A stretch of 64,000 nucleotides of DNA. It comes from Chrysemys picta bellii. Lineage: Eukaryota. Location: contig NC_088794.1 in NCBI RefSeq assembly GCF_011386835.1, positions 9,176,001 to 9,240,000 on the forward strand, written 5' to 3'. Shown piece after piece: positions 1 through 9,952 of this stretch. Within the stretch, counting starts at the first letter, position 1. Every line of letters starts with the position of its first letter. The position numbers and the translations under genes are program-made. A model generated the notes under the pieces. It was given only the letters and a program-made list of their open reading frames with translations. It was not told the DNA's origin and did not search any database.

Positions 1-700
1 TTTTTACCGAACATTGTGACATTTCTTAATTGAATGTTTTATCAAAAATATAATGCTATAGATGACATATTGAAATATTAGAAACTTGTTTACTGTAAAT
101 GAAAAATGTCTATAACTATGTTTACAATGTTTTGATTAATTTTATGAAAAATGAAGAACATCTCTTGAAACTTTGGAATGAAAACAACTTCAAAATTTCT
201 TCTGAACGGAACTATTTTTTTTAATGTATATTTTGACCATCTCCACAAACTTGCTATCATTTTAAAACAAGCTGGCCGTTTTAGCTGATTGTGTGGATAT
301 AATAGACTTGACTTCTACAGGGTTTTGACTGGGTGCAGCACCGCGTTCTGATTTAAAACCGAGCTCAATGCAAAAGCAACGTAGAAGGGGTTAAATGGAA
401 TAAAACCCGGGTAACTAGGCGAGCATGCAGAACCCAAACCCTCATGTGCACAACTCCACCCATAATCTATATAGCCCTAACCGCAAACCTAACCTGCAGA
501 ACCTGAACCCATCCGTTCTCTGCTCAGATCTAACTCCAAACCTATTCTGCACAATGCTAAACCCAGCTCCCTCAGCTGCATCACCCGAATTTGCATAACC
601 CAACCCAAAACCTAACCCGCCTATCCCCAACTCCACCTCTAATCCGCACGACCCTAACCCTGACCTGCACCATCCTGACCCTCTCGAGTCCGGGAGAAAG

Positions 701-1015
701 GGGTTAAAAACCAAATCCTCCATTCACAGCGCAGGCAGGGCTGCGAGGGACCGGAATAGCAGAGGGACCTTCCTGTGCCAGCCCCCAGGCACCTGGGGCC
801 CCGCTCCTGAGCCGGCTCCCGGCCCGGGCGTGTACAAGGATCGGTCCCCTCTGCAGCGCGGCCCCGGGGAAATCGCCCCGGCCCGGCGGTGAGTGGGGGC
901 GCCGGGGAGACCCAGCGTCGCGGCGAGAGGCGGCCCCGGGGCGGGAGGGAGACAGCAGCAGAGGCAGGAAATCGCTGCTTGGAGGAAGTGGCAGAGCGAG
1001 GTGGGGATCGGAGCC
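701..1015 (+). promoter_or_regulatory. Shared promoter/leader-exon module, copy 1 (upstream of TBRG1-like); putative non-coding exon ~764-888
   Basis: GGGTTAAA 701-708, GGGACCTTCCTGTGCCAGCC from 764, donor GGCG|GTGAGT (GT 889-890), intronic GCAGAGGCAGGAAATCGCTG...GGGATCGGAGC; homologous to 5304-5585, 23150-23432(-), 26113-26400. Promoter role is inference. Confidence 0.7.
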
Positions 1016-1204
1016 GGGGGGGGGGGGGGCAGAGAGAGACACCCCCACTCAGCCAGCTCCGGGGCATCACGGGCTGGGGGTGGGGGTTGTGCCCTGAGCC
1101 CTGCAGGGTCCCCCAGACCAACTATATTAGCGGTACCCCCGAGCCAGCTAGTCCCCATGGGGCTGGTTCAGAGATCTCCCTCCCCCCCCCGCCCCAAGGG
1201 AAAG

Positions 1205-1483
1205 GCCCCGTGTCCCATTCCCCACATCCCTGAGCCAGCCAGGACCCGCCTCCCCCCCCAGACCCCATGTCCAATATTCTCCCACACCCCTGAGCCAGCC
1301 AGGACCCGCCTCCCCGCCCCAGACCCCATGTCCAATATTCTCCCACACCCCTGAGCCAGCCAGGACCCGCCTCCCCCCCCCAGACCCCATGTCCAATATT
1401 CTCCCACACCCCTGAGCCAGCCAGGACCCGCCTCCCCCCCCCAGACCCCATGTCCAATATTCTCCCACACCCCTGAGCCAGCC
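1205..1483. repeat. ~61-bp minisatellite, ~4.5 copies
   Basis: Unit CAGACCCCATGTCCAATATTCTCCCACACCCCTGAGCCAGCCAGGACCCGCCTCCCCCCC recurs at 1259, 1320, 1381, 1442. Confidence 0.95.
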
Positions 1484-1565
1484 AGTCTCCTGCTCAGAGC
1501 CAATCAGACAGCAGCAGTAGTGGCTTGTGAGTGAAGGGGCCCAGCCACATACCTTCTTCATAGAT

Positions 1566-1980
1566 CAGGGGTAGGCAACCTATGACACGCGTGCCAAAGG
1601 CGGCACGCAAGCGGATTTTCAGTGGCACTCGCACTGCCCGGGTCCTGGCCACCGGTCCGGGGGGCTCTGCATTTTAATCTAATTTTACATGAAGCTTCTT
1701 AAACCTTTTAAAACCCTTATTTACTTTACATACAACAATAGTTTGCATCTGAAGAAGTGAGGTTCTTACCCACGAAAGCTTATGCTCCCAATACTTCTGT
1801 TAGTCTCAAAGGTGCCACAGGACCCTCTGTTGCTTTTAACAATAGTTTAGTTCTATATTATAGACTTATAGAAAGAGACCTTCTAAAAACGTTAAAATGT
1901 ATGACTGGCACACGAACCCTTAAATTAGAGTGAATAAATGAAGACTCGGCACACCACTTCTGAAAGGTTGCCGACCCCTG
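1566..1980. mobile_element. Non-autonomous hAT-type DNA transposon
   Basis: TIRs CAGGGGTAGGCAACC / GGTTGCCGACCCCTG; 8-bp TSD TCATAGAT / TCACAGAT. Confidence 0.85.
1741..1838 (+). mobile_element. Penelope-like retroelement terminal fragment with hammerhead-like core, nested in the hAT element
   Basis: CTGAAGA 1749-1755, hairpin, GAAA 1774-1777, AGC-TTAT-GCT-C; flanked by duplicated AACAATAGTTT. Confidence 0.65.
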
Positions 1981-2990
1981 TCACAGATGCTCAAGGCCAC
2001 TGAGTCCATCCAGCCCAGCCTCCTGCATCATCTAGGCCAGACGGTCTCCCCCAGCGATTCGGTAAATAGCGCTAAGGGCAGGTCAGTTATACAGAGCCAC
2101 CCAGAGCAGCCTATTGAGTGTGTGTCTTAACACAGCCACGTGCATGGCTACACATCTAGGACAGAGGAGGTAGCCGACACTTAATAGATGAGGGGCTGTA
2201 TCCTGGAAAGGAGAAGCGCTGGGAAGGGCTTAGGGCTCATGGTGGAAACCTGCTGAACATGAGCTGCTAGTGGGAGGGAATATCGCAGTCCCTGGCTGTC
2301 CGAGTAGAGGAGTACAAGGAGAAGCAGGGATGGGGGGGTTACCTCTGTATATGGCATTAGTAAGACTGTTAGTGGGGACTCTGTCCAGTTCTGGTGTGCA
2401 CACTTCAACCAGGATGTTGCCAAGTTGCTAAGGGTTCAAAGAAGAGCTACAGGGACGATTTGAGATCTGGAAAACCTGCCTTGGAGCGAGAGACTAAGGG
2501 CTTGTCTACACAGCAAAATTTACTGGGGTAGCTCTGTAATTATACAGCTGTCATTATACTGGTGCCACTCATAGAGAGACACTTTGCACCAAGCCTAATA
2601 CCTTAAATGTTCTTTTCCTTAATCATATAGTGCATAAGAGAGCACAGATCATACAAAGCAATATACATCTGAAGTCGCAACGTCAGTAAGTCAGCCGGGA
2701 TGCAGGAATTGTTAGGGGGGGCTGGGATGGAGGGGCAAAATGGGCCTTTCTTCTGGCCTTAGCGTTTATGAAATGCGCTGTTCTGCAGAGTCCAGCTGCC
2801 TTTGCAGGGACAGAGCTAATGGAGGGAGCTCTGGGAATGGATGGGAAACAGCGATCTTTGTGTGAGTGTCCATGTGAGAGTGAATCTATGAATGTGTGTG
2901 TCTGTGTGTGCCCAGAGAGGTGATGGTGCCCGGGCTCTCTGATCCAGCAGGTCTGAAGGTGGCTATCCCTCCAGGCGGGGTGAGCTGAGG

Positions 2991-4076
2991 ATGAAGAAGG
3001 TGTCAAGGAAGAGCCAGAATGAGAAGTACCGGCTGAAGTACAGCCGGCTGCGCCGGGCGGCCAAGGCCATGGTGTTCGAGAATGCAGCACTGTGTGATGA
3101 GATTGCGCGGCTGGAGGAGAAATTCCTGCGGGCGAGAGAGGAGCGTCGATTCCTCTTCACCAAGCTGCTGCAGCTCCAGGCACTGTCAGCCGAGGAGGAG
3201 AGCCCGGCGGTGCCATTGGGGGGCATCTCAGCAGGGTACGGCGTGGCACCGACCCCTGGCCCAGATGAGCCAGCGCCTGCAGGGAAGCGGCCCAAGAAGG
3301 GCAAGGAGAATGGGCGTGCAGCCAAGCGGCGGGCAGCACCAGACAGGGGGGTGCGGCGGCTGGTGCAGCCAGTGCCGCTGGACCCCTCGGGTCGGCCGGT
3401 TTTCCCCATCGCGCTGGGTGGGCTGACGGTCTACAGCCTGGGTGAGATCGTGGCCGACCGGGCAGGCTTCCACGATGAGGGAGCCATCTACCCAGTGGGT
3501 TTCTGCAGCACACGGGTCTACGCCAGCATGCGGCGCCCCGACCAGCGCTGCCTCTACACCTGCCAGATCAAAGACGGCGGAGTGGGCCCCCGCTTTGAGA
3601 TTGTGCCTGAGGATGAGCCGGGCAGTGCCCTGGCGGGCACCACAGCTGACACCTGCCACGCCCAGCTGCTGGCGGCCATCAGTGCTGCCCGGGGGCGGCC
3701 CTACCCTGAGCTGGAGGCAGCCGGGGCTGATTTCTTCGGCTTCTCGCACCCAGCCGTGCACAACCTCATCCAGAGCTGCCCCGGGGCCCGCAAATGCGGG
3801 GCCTACCGCTGGGTGCGCTTCGAGGTGTGTCGTCCCGGGGATGGGCAGGTGCCCCAGGGGCTGCCCGACAACTGCGCAGCCACCGACTTCCAGTCCTTCC
3901 GCCGCCGCGCCCAGGAGGAGGAGGAACGGGACCGCGGAGGGGGCGGAGCTGGGGGGCGGGCACTGGGGCTGACCCCTGCCCAGGCCTTCACTTCCCCCTG
4001 CTCCTATGAGGAGGTGTTCCTGAGCCGCCCTCTCGAGTCCCCCAGCCATGGCAGCCCCGATGGCTCTGACGACTGA
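2991..4076 (+). CDS. TBRG1: TBRG1/NIAM-like protein (FYRN/FYRC domains), 361 aa, single coding exon
   Basis: N-terminal KSQNEKYRLKY..ENAALCDEIARLEEKF coiled coil, FYRN (LVQPVPLDPSGRPVFPI..IYPVGFCSTRVYAS) and FYRC (GADFFGFSHPAVHNLIQSCPGARKC) match TBRG1 as I recall it; acceptor CAGCAG| at 2950; AATAAA 4443-4448. Likely a paralog/retrocopy rather than the ortholog. Confidence 0.92.
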   Translation: MKKVSRKSQNEKYRLKYSRLRRAAKAMVFENAALCDEIARLEEKFLRAREERRFLFTKLLQLQALSAEEESPAVPLGGISAGYGVAPTPGPDEPAPAGKRPKKGKENGRAAKRRAAPDRGVRRLVQPVPLDPSGRPVFPIALGGLTVYSLGEIVADRAGFHDEGAIYPVGFCSTRVYASMRRPDQRCLYTCQIKDGGVGPRFEIVPEDEPGSALAGTTADTCHAQLLAAISAARGRPYPELEAAGADFFGFSHPAVHNLIQSCPGARKCGAYRWVRFEVCRPGDGQVPQGLPDNCAATDFQSFRRRAQEEEERDRGGGGAGGRALGLTPAQAFTSPCSYEEVFLSRPLESPSHGSPDGSDD

Positions 4077-4442
4077 GACCCCTCTCCCCCTCAGCCCTGG
4101 TGTGGCCTCCATGGAGCCACCCCCCCACAGGCCCGGTACGGCCTGCACAGCTCTTCCCATGAAGCGCCCCCTCCCCCTCCATCCCAGCCTATGCAGAGTT
4201 CCCAGCTCAGCATGGCCCCCACAGCTCCTGCCACTGAGCCCCCTCCCCCTGTGTGGGCATCACATGCCCCTGGCCTGAGCCTCACGTCTCCTCCCACTGA
4301 GCTCTCCCTCTCCACCACAGCATGACAACCCACCCCCCCCCCCGCAGCTGTGCTGGCTCTGGGGGTGGTGCTGTCTTTGGGGACCTGTGCAGCTGACTCC
4401 ACATGGGGCTTGTCCCCACCCTGTGTGAACACTCTGCTCACT

Positions 4443-4448
4443 AATAAA
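4443..4448 (+). terminator. Polyadenylation signal of TBRG1-like gene
   Basis: AATAAA ~370 nt after the stop codon. Confidence 0.65.
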
Positions 4449-5303
4449 GATGATGGTGGAAGCCACATCCCTGGCTCTGTCTGCTCCCTTTCCTGGGTGT
4501 AGGAGGGAGGGGAACAGAGGGGCAGCCGGACGGGTGAGCTACCCCTGCCCTGTTCTGGCTTATCCCATGTTAACAGCGGGATCCAAATCTGGATCTCAAT
4601 CCCTGGTCACTCAGCCATGTGGGGTGTGAGCTTAAGGGGTCACCCAAAGCTGGACAGATGGGGCAGCCTATCCTCTCCCCAGTGGCATCCTGGGGCTGCC
4701 CCCTCCCTCCAAACTAGACTCAGCCACTCCTATCCAACCTAGGCCCAAACAGACCCTTCCTCCATTGGACAGGGGCTCAGACCCACATCCACCCTCTGTC
4801 TTTCAGAGTAAGTGTGCCAGAGCTATTTGCCAGCCAGACCCATTCCTCTTCTCCCAGAGCCTGCTCCCTGTCTGTCTATAACCCTGTGCCTTCCTGCTGT
4901 GCTGGCACTGTCTCTCCTGGGAGATCAAGCAATGTCCCGTCCCCCCCCCCCAACACACACACACTCCGCGCTTCCCATCAGACCCCCCATGTCAGGGCAG
5001 ACCCTGTCTCAGCTGACCGGCTATTCCCGGCTCTGGGAGGAAATGAGGTCTTGTGGGTGGGGAGGGGAATGGAACTCAGGACTCCTGGGTTCTCTTTGCG
5101 GAGGGGGGAGTGGAGTCTAGTTGGTTAGAGCGGGGGGCCTGGGTTTTATTCCCAGCTGTGGCAGCCATAACCCATGGGCTGCCTCTGATATTGTACCACC
5201 CTGGCGCCTCTGTGCCCCCTGTCCCTGGTTCAAATCCCCCCCCCCCCCCCGAGTCTTCCCTCCTACTTTACATCTCCGTTCCCCGGCGAGCTGGGGCATG
5301 AAT

Positions 5304-5585
5304 GGGTTAAAGACACCAAGCTCCTGGAGTGGAGCCTGAAGCAGGGAGGGGGACGGGATAGCGGAGGGACCTTCCTGTGCCAGCCCCGAGCACCTGGGTC
5401 CCGAGCCCCGCTCCCCTCCCCGCCAGTGTGTGCGCGCAGGGCGAGCCCCAGTCTGCAGCCCCCGGGGGATCGCCCCGGCCCGGCGGTGAGTAGGGGCGCG
5501 GGGAGAGGCGGCCACGGCAGGGAGGGAAACAGCAGCAGAGGCAGGAAATTGCACCGCAGGGCTGGGTGGGATCGGAGCCGAACCG
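5304..5585 (+). promoter_or_regulatory. Shared promoter/leader-exon module, copy 2 (upstream of ZNF A); exon ~5366-5485
   Basis: GGGTTAAA 5304, GGGACCTTCCTGTGCCAGCC 5366, donor GGCG|GTGAGT (GT 5486-5487), GCAGAGGCAGGAAATTGC...GGGATCGGAGC. Confidence 0.7.
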
Positions 5586-6488
5586 CGGCTGGGACCGGAG
5601 GACCCCCCCCCCGGTAGCCCCGGGGTTTGTGCTGCAGGCGAGGGCCTGCCCTGCCCGGGGGGAATGGCTGTGCCAGCGATGATCCCGGGTGTGGGCTGAC
5701 TTACGCTGTGGGGAGGAAGTGTAGGGGCAGCCCAGCTGTGGAGAAGGCATGAAGGAGGGGGCCTGGTGTCTGGTGGAGCAATGATTCCCTCTCCAGGGAG
5801 CCACCTGTTCCCTGGCCACACAGTCTACCAAGGGTGAGTTAGTTTGTGGTGTGGGAGCTGGAGATAGGACTCACCCAACTCCTCTAAATGCCCACATGGT
5901 GGGAACAGCAGCTGGGCTGGCACTGAGGGCCCTCAGTGACCTGTTAGTGGGGCTTCTGCTTTTGGGGTTCACTAACTTCAGTTTTTCGGGTGTTATTTAT
6001 AACAATTTTTGAGTTCTGTGTAGATATCAAAAACTGGGGGGTTTCAGGGCTTTCTCTTTGTATATAGTGTAATGAGTAATTTATTTGCTATGGACCCTTG
6101 TGCGCTTTTACGTAGCACTGTTTCAAACAGCACTATGGTAGAGCACACTAGGGAGCTTCTAATGCGCACCAGCAGGATCCCTGTGGCCCAATTAATGCTC
6201 AACACATTCGTTCATTTGAGAAATCATACTCCTGTAGTGCACATTACTGCTCCGTCTAGACAAGCCCTTATAACCCTTCCAATGTTTGATTTCTTTTCTT
6301 TGTATTGGGGTGTGTTGTGGGTGTTTATCATCTAAAATCAGATGCCTTACCCATTAGCAATGCCCTGGGCATCCTGTGCCCAAGTAATGCCAATTTAGGA
6401 GGACATTATGTCTCTTGTGATATGCAATGTAGCTGTGTTGGTTCTAGGATATCAGAGAGACAAAGTGGGTGAGGTAAGATCTTTTATC

Positions 6489-7645
6489 TGGGGTTGTCAA
6501 ATGATTAACAAAATAATTACAGAGGGTCCTGTGGCACCTTTGAGACTAACAGAAGTATTGGGAGCATAAGCTTTCGTGGGTAAGAACCTCACTTCTTCAG
6601 ATGCAAGAAGTGAGGTTCTTACCCACGAAAGCTTATGCTCCCAATACTTCTGTTAGTCTCAAAGGTGCCACAGGACCCTCTGTTGCTTTTTACAGATTCA
6701 GACTAACACGGCTACCCCTCTGATACTAAAATAATTACAATTAATCATGAGATTTAAAAAATAGTCACGATTAATCACAGTTTTAATCGCAGTGTTAAAC
6801 AATAATAGAATATCAATTTAAATTTATTATAAATATGTTTGGATGTTTTTCTACATTTTCAAACATACTGATTTCAATTACAACGCAAAATACAAAGTGT
6901 AGAGTGTTTATAGTGCTCACTTTATATTATTTTTCAGTTCACCTCATACAAGTACTGTGGTGCAATCTCTTTATTGTGAAAGTGCAATTTACAAATGTAG
7001 AATTATTTTTTTACATAAACTACACTCAAAAACAAAACAATGTAAAACTTCAGAGTCTACAAGTCCACTCAGTCCTATTTCTTGTTCAGCCAATCGCTCA
7101 GACAAACAAGGTTGTTTACATTGACAGGACATAATGCTGCCCGCTTCTTAATTACGTCACCTGAAAGTGAGAAAAGGCGTTCGCATGGTACTGTTGTAGC
7201 TGGCGCTGCAAGGTATTTATGTGTCAGATATGCTAAACATTAGTATGCCTCTTCATGCTTTGACTTGTAGGTTCTAAAGTAATAATAATAATTCTACATT
7301 TGTAAGTTGCACTTTCACAATAAAGAGATTGTGCTATAGTACTTGTATGAAGTGAACTGAAAAATACCATTTCTTCTGTTTATCTTTTTTACAGTGCAAA
7401 TATTTGTAATAAAAAATACTAATATAAAGTGAGCACTGTACACTTTGTATTCTGTGTTGTAATTGAAATCAATATATTTGAAAATATAGAAAAAAATCCA
7501 GAAATATTTATAATACATTTAAATTGGTATTCTATAATGGTTTAACAGTGCGATTAAAACAGTGATTAATCATGACTATTTTTTAATCTAGTTAATTTGT
7601 TTTCTGTTAATTGCTTGCGTTGACTGCAATTAATTGACAACCCTA
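6489..7645. mobile_element. Non-autonomous hAT-type DNA transposon (AT-rich)
   Basis: Ends TGGGGTTGTCAA / TTGACAACCCTA; 8-bp TSD CTTTTATC / CTTTTATT. Confidence 0.8.
6519..6725. mobile_element. Palindromic Penelope-like terminal repeat with hammerhead-like core on the minus strand
   Basis: Inverted repeat ~6520-6684; minus strand reads CTGAAGAAGTGAGGTTCTTACCCACGAAAGCTTATGCTC (6600-6562). Confidence 0.65.
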
Positions 7646-7671
7646 CTTTTATTGGACAGAACTTGTGACAC

Positions 7672-7960
7672 AGGCATTGGCTGAGTGCTGGACAAGGACT
7701 CCGAACTCCTGGGTTCGATTCATGGTTCTGCTATAGACCTTGGACAAATCACCTTTCCTCTTCGGGCCTCAGTTCATACTCCTGCACTTTGTCTATTTAG
7801 AGTAGACAGTAGTAAGCTGTTCAGGGCAGGGAGTTTCTTGCACTGCGTGCCCATACAGCACCCCGGGCAACAGAGCCCCAAACTCGGTCATTGGGTGCTC
7901 GTGCGGGTCCCTGGCACAATGGGGCCCTGATCTCTGCTGGGATTTCTAGGTGCTACTGTT
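7672..7960 (+). mobile_element. MIR-like (CORE) SINE remnant
   Basis: tRNA-like head (GAACTCCTGGGTTCGATT), CCTTGGACAAATCAC..GGGCCTCAGT core, tail GGCACAATGGGGCCCTGATCTC. Confidence 0.55.
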
Positions 7961-8066
7961 GGTAGTGACAGTAAGAAGTTCTCAGTGCTGTGATAATCTC
8001 CGATGCCTCCTCTCTGCTGTTCCAGGGGCAGGCGTCCCCGTTCCCAAACCCGACCTCGTGTCCCAC

Positions 8067-8145
8067 ATGGAGCGATGGGAAGAGCTGCAAGTCCCAGACC
8101 CCCAGTGCTCCAAGGAACAGGAGATGCCAAGAGGCGCCCAAGAAG
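8067..8145 (+). CDS. ZNF gene A, KRAB-B-derived first coding exon (exon 8026-8145)
   Basis: Acceptor TTCCAG|8026, frame PVPKPDLVSHMERWEELQVPDPQCS is KRAB-B-like, donor AAG|GTGAG 8146; first ATG 8067; phase 1 joins 8787 in frame. Confidence 0.7.
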
Positions 8146-8786
8146 GTGAGGGTACTCGGAGACCATCTGTGAGGGACCACCCTTTGATTTCACTCCTGGC
8201 ACTCCAGCAGGTGAATAAAGAGGAGAGGGTAGCTAACTCCCTCATCTTCCATGCTAGGCAGGCTTAGCTTCCTTGAGACACCCCCAGCTCTGGAGATCCA
8301 GGGTGGCAGTTTCTCCCCCTTAACCAACATGCAAAACCAGTCTTTCAGGAAGTGTGCGTCTCTTTAACCCCCCGCTCCCCCTCGGTCTCTGACTGTCCCC
8401 TCCCCGCTTCATGGGGGCGGGGGTGATTCAGACACAGATCCTCAAAGGTTCCCATTGATTTCAGTAGAAGTTAGGAGTTTGAAGTACCTTTGAGGATCTG
8501 GATCTCAGCCCTAGGAAGGTGGGTCTGGCCCACCAGAGGTGGGAGGGCAGAGGTAGCTAGTCCTGGGTGTGCATCTCAAGAGCTCTGACCTGGGCTATTG
8601 TCCAGCCACGGTTCCTGACTGCCAGGATATGGAACTGACCCGATAGATGCTGCAGTAACCCTCCGTACATTAGGGAGACAAACATCTAGAGCAGCCATAG
8701 ATTATTACAGGCCACTCCTGATCCGCCCCCTGGCACCTCCTCTGGGCGTCAGTGCAGCAATGACTCCCATCTGGCTCATCTTCCAG

Positions 8787-9952
8787 GTGCCGAGATCCCG
8801 CGTAGAAGCAAGGAAGAGACTTTGCAGCATGAAAGGGAAGCAGCCAGATGCAAAGGGAATGTGTCCTGTAGACCCAAGGGGGGCGATGGCTGGGTGGAAG
8901 GGCAGCAGGATCCCGGACCTCTGGGTTCCATTTGCGTGAAGAGTGGCATGAGCGACGGGTCAGTGGGTGGCACCCCAAGCCCCATCGCCTGCCCCATGTG
9001 CGGAAAGGGCTTCAGCCGCAGGTCGAACCTCACGAAGCACCAGCGGGTCCACACGGGGGAGCGTCCGTTCTGCTGCACCCAGTGTGGGAAATGCTTCACT
9101 CAGAGCTCCAACCTCTGCCGGCACCAGAGCCTCCATGCAGCGGGTGAGGGGCCCTGGTGCTGCCCCGAGTGTGGGGAGAGCTTCACAGGGAGCGCGGGGC
9201 TGGCCAGGCACCGAAGAACACATGCTGTAGGGGAGAGATCCCACTACTGCCACCAATGTGGGAAAGGCTTTGCTAGCCACTCACTTTTGACCATTCACCG
9301 GCGCAGCCACTCGGGGGAGCGGCCGTTCTCATGTGCCCAGTGCGGGCGCAGCTTTGACCGCAGCTCCCTACTGGTGGAGCACCAGCGCACCCACACCGGG
9401 GAGCGCCCCTACCGCTGCCACCAGTGCAGCCAGGGCTTCACCCGCGCCACCCACCTCAGCCGGCACCAGCTAATCCACCGTGGCGAGCGACCTCACGGCT
9501 GCCCCGAGTGTGGCCGGCGCTTCCGGCTCCGGGCTGCATTAGTCAAGCACGTGCGGAGCCACACAGGGGAGCGACCTTACAAGTGTGCTGAGTGTGGGGC
9601 GGTCTTCGCCAGTGTCTCCTCCCTGGCCCGGCACCGCCGGAGCCACGCCGGTGAGAAGCCCCACCACTGCCCCGATTGTGGCAAGAGATTTGGGCAGAGC
9701 ACTGCCTTCGCTGAGCACTGCCGCACCCACACTGGGGAGCGCCCCTACCGCTGCCTGGAGTGTGGCCGCGCCTTCGCTGGCAGCTCCAACTTCATCCGGC
9801 ACCAGAGAATCCACACCGGGGAGCGACCCTACCAGTGCCAGGACTGCGGCCGTACCTTCCGGGTCAGCTCCAACCTAGCCAGGCACCAGAGGACTCACCA
9901 CCTTACTGAGTGTGGAGATACTCCCTTGCTGGGACGGGCAGGACAAAGCTAG
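8787..9952 (+). CDS. ZNF gene A, C2H2 zinc-finger exon (11 fingers); spliced CDS ~414 aa
   Basis: Acceptor TTCCAG|8787; 11 C-x2-C-x12-H-x3-H units with TGERP-type linkers. Confidence 0.93.

Noticed and set aside
704-1561. Overlapping 110-155 aa ORFs around the first CpG island and VNTR
   Set aside because: Low-complexity GC-rich frames; the signal is better explained by the non-coding leader module and the minisatellite.
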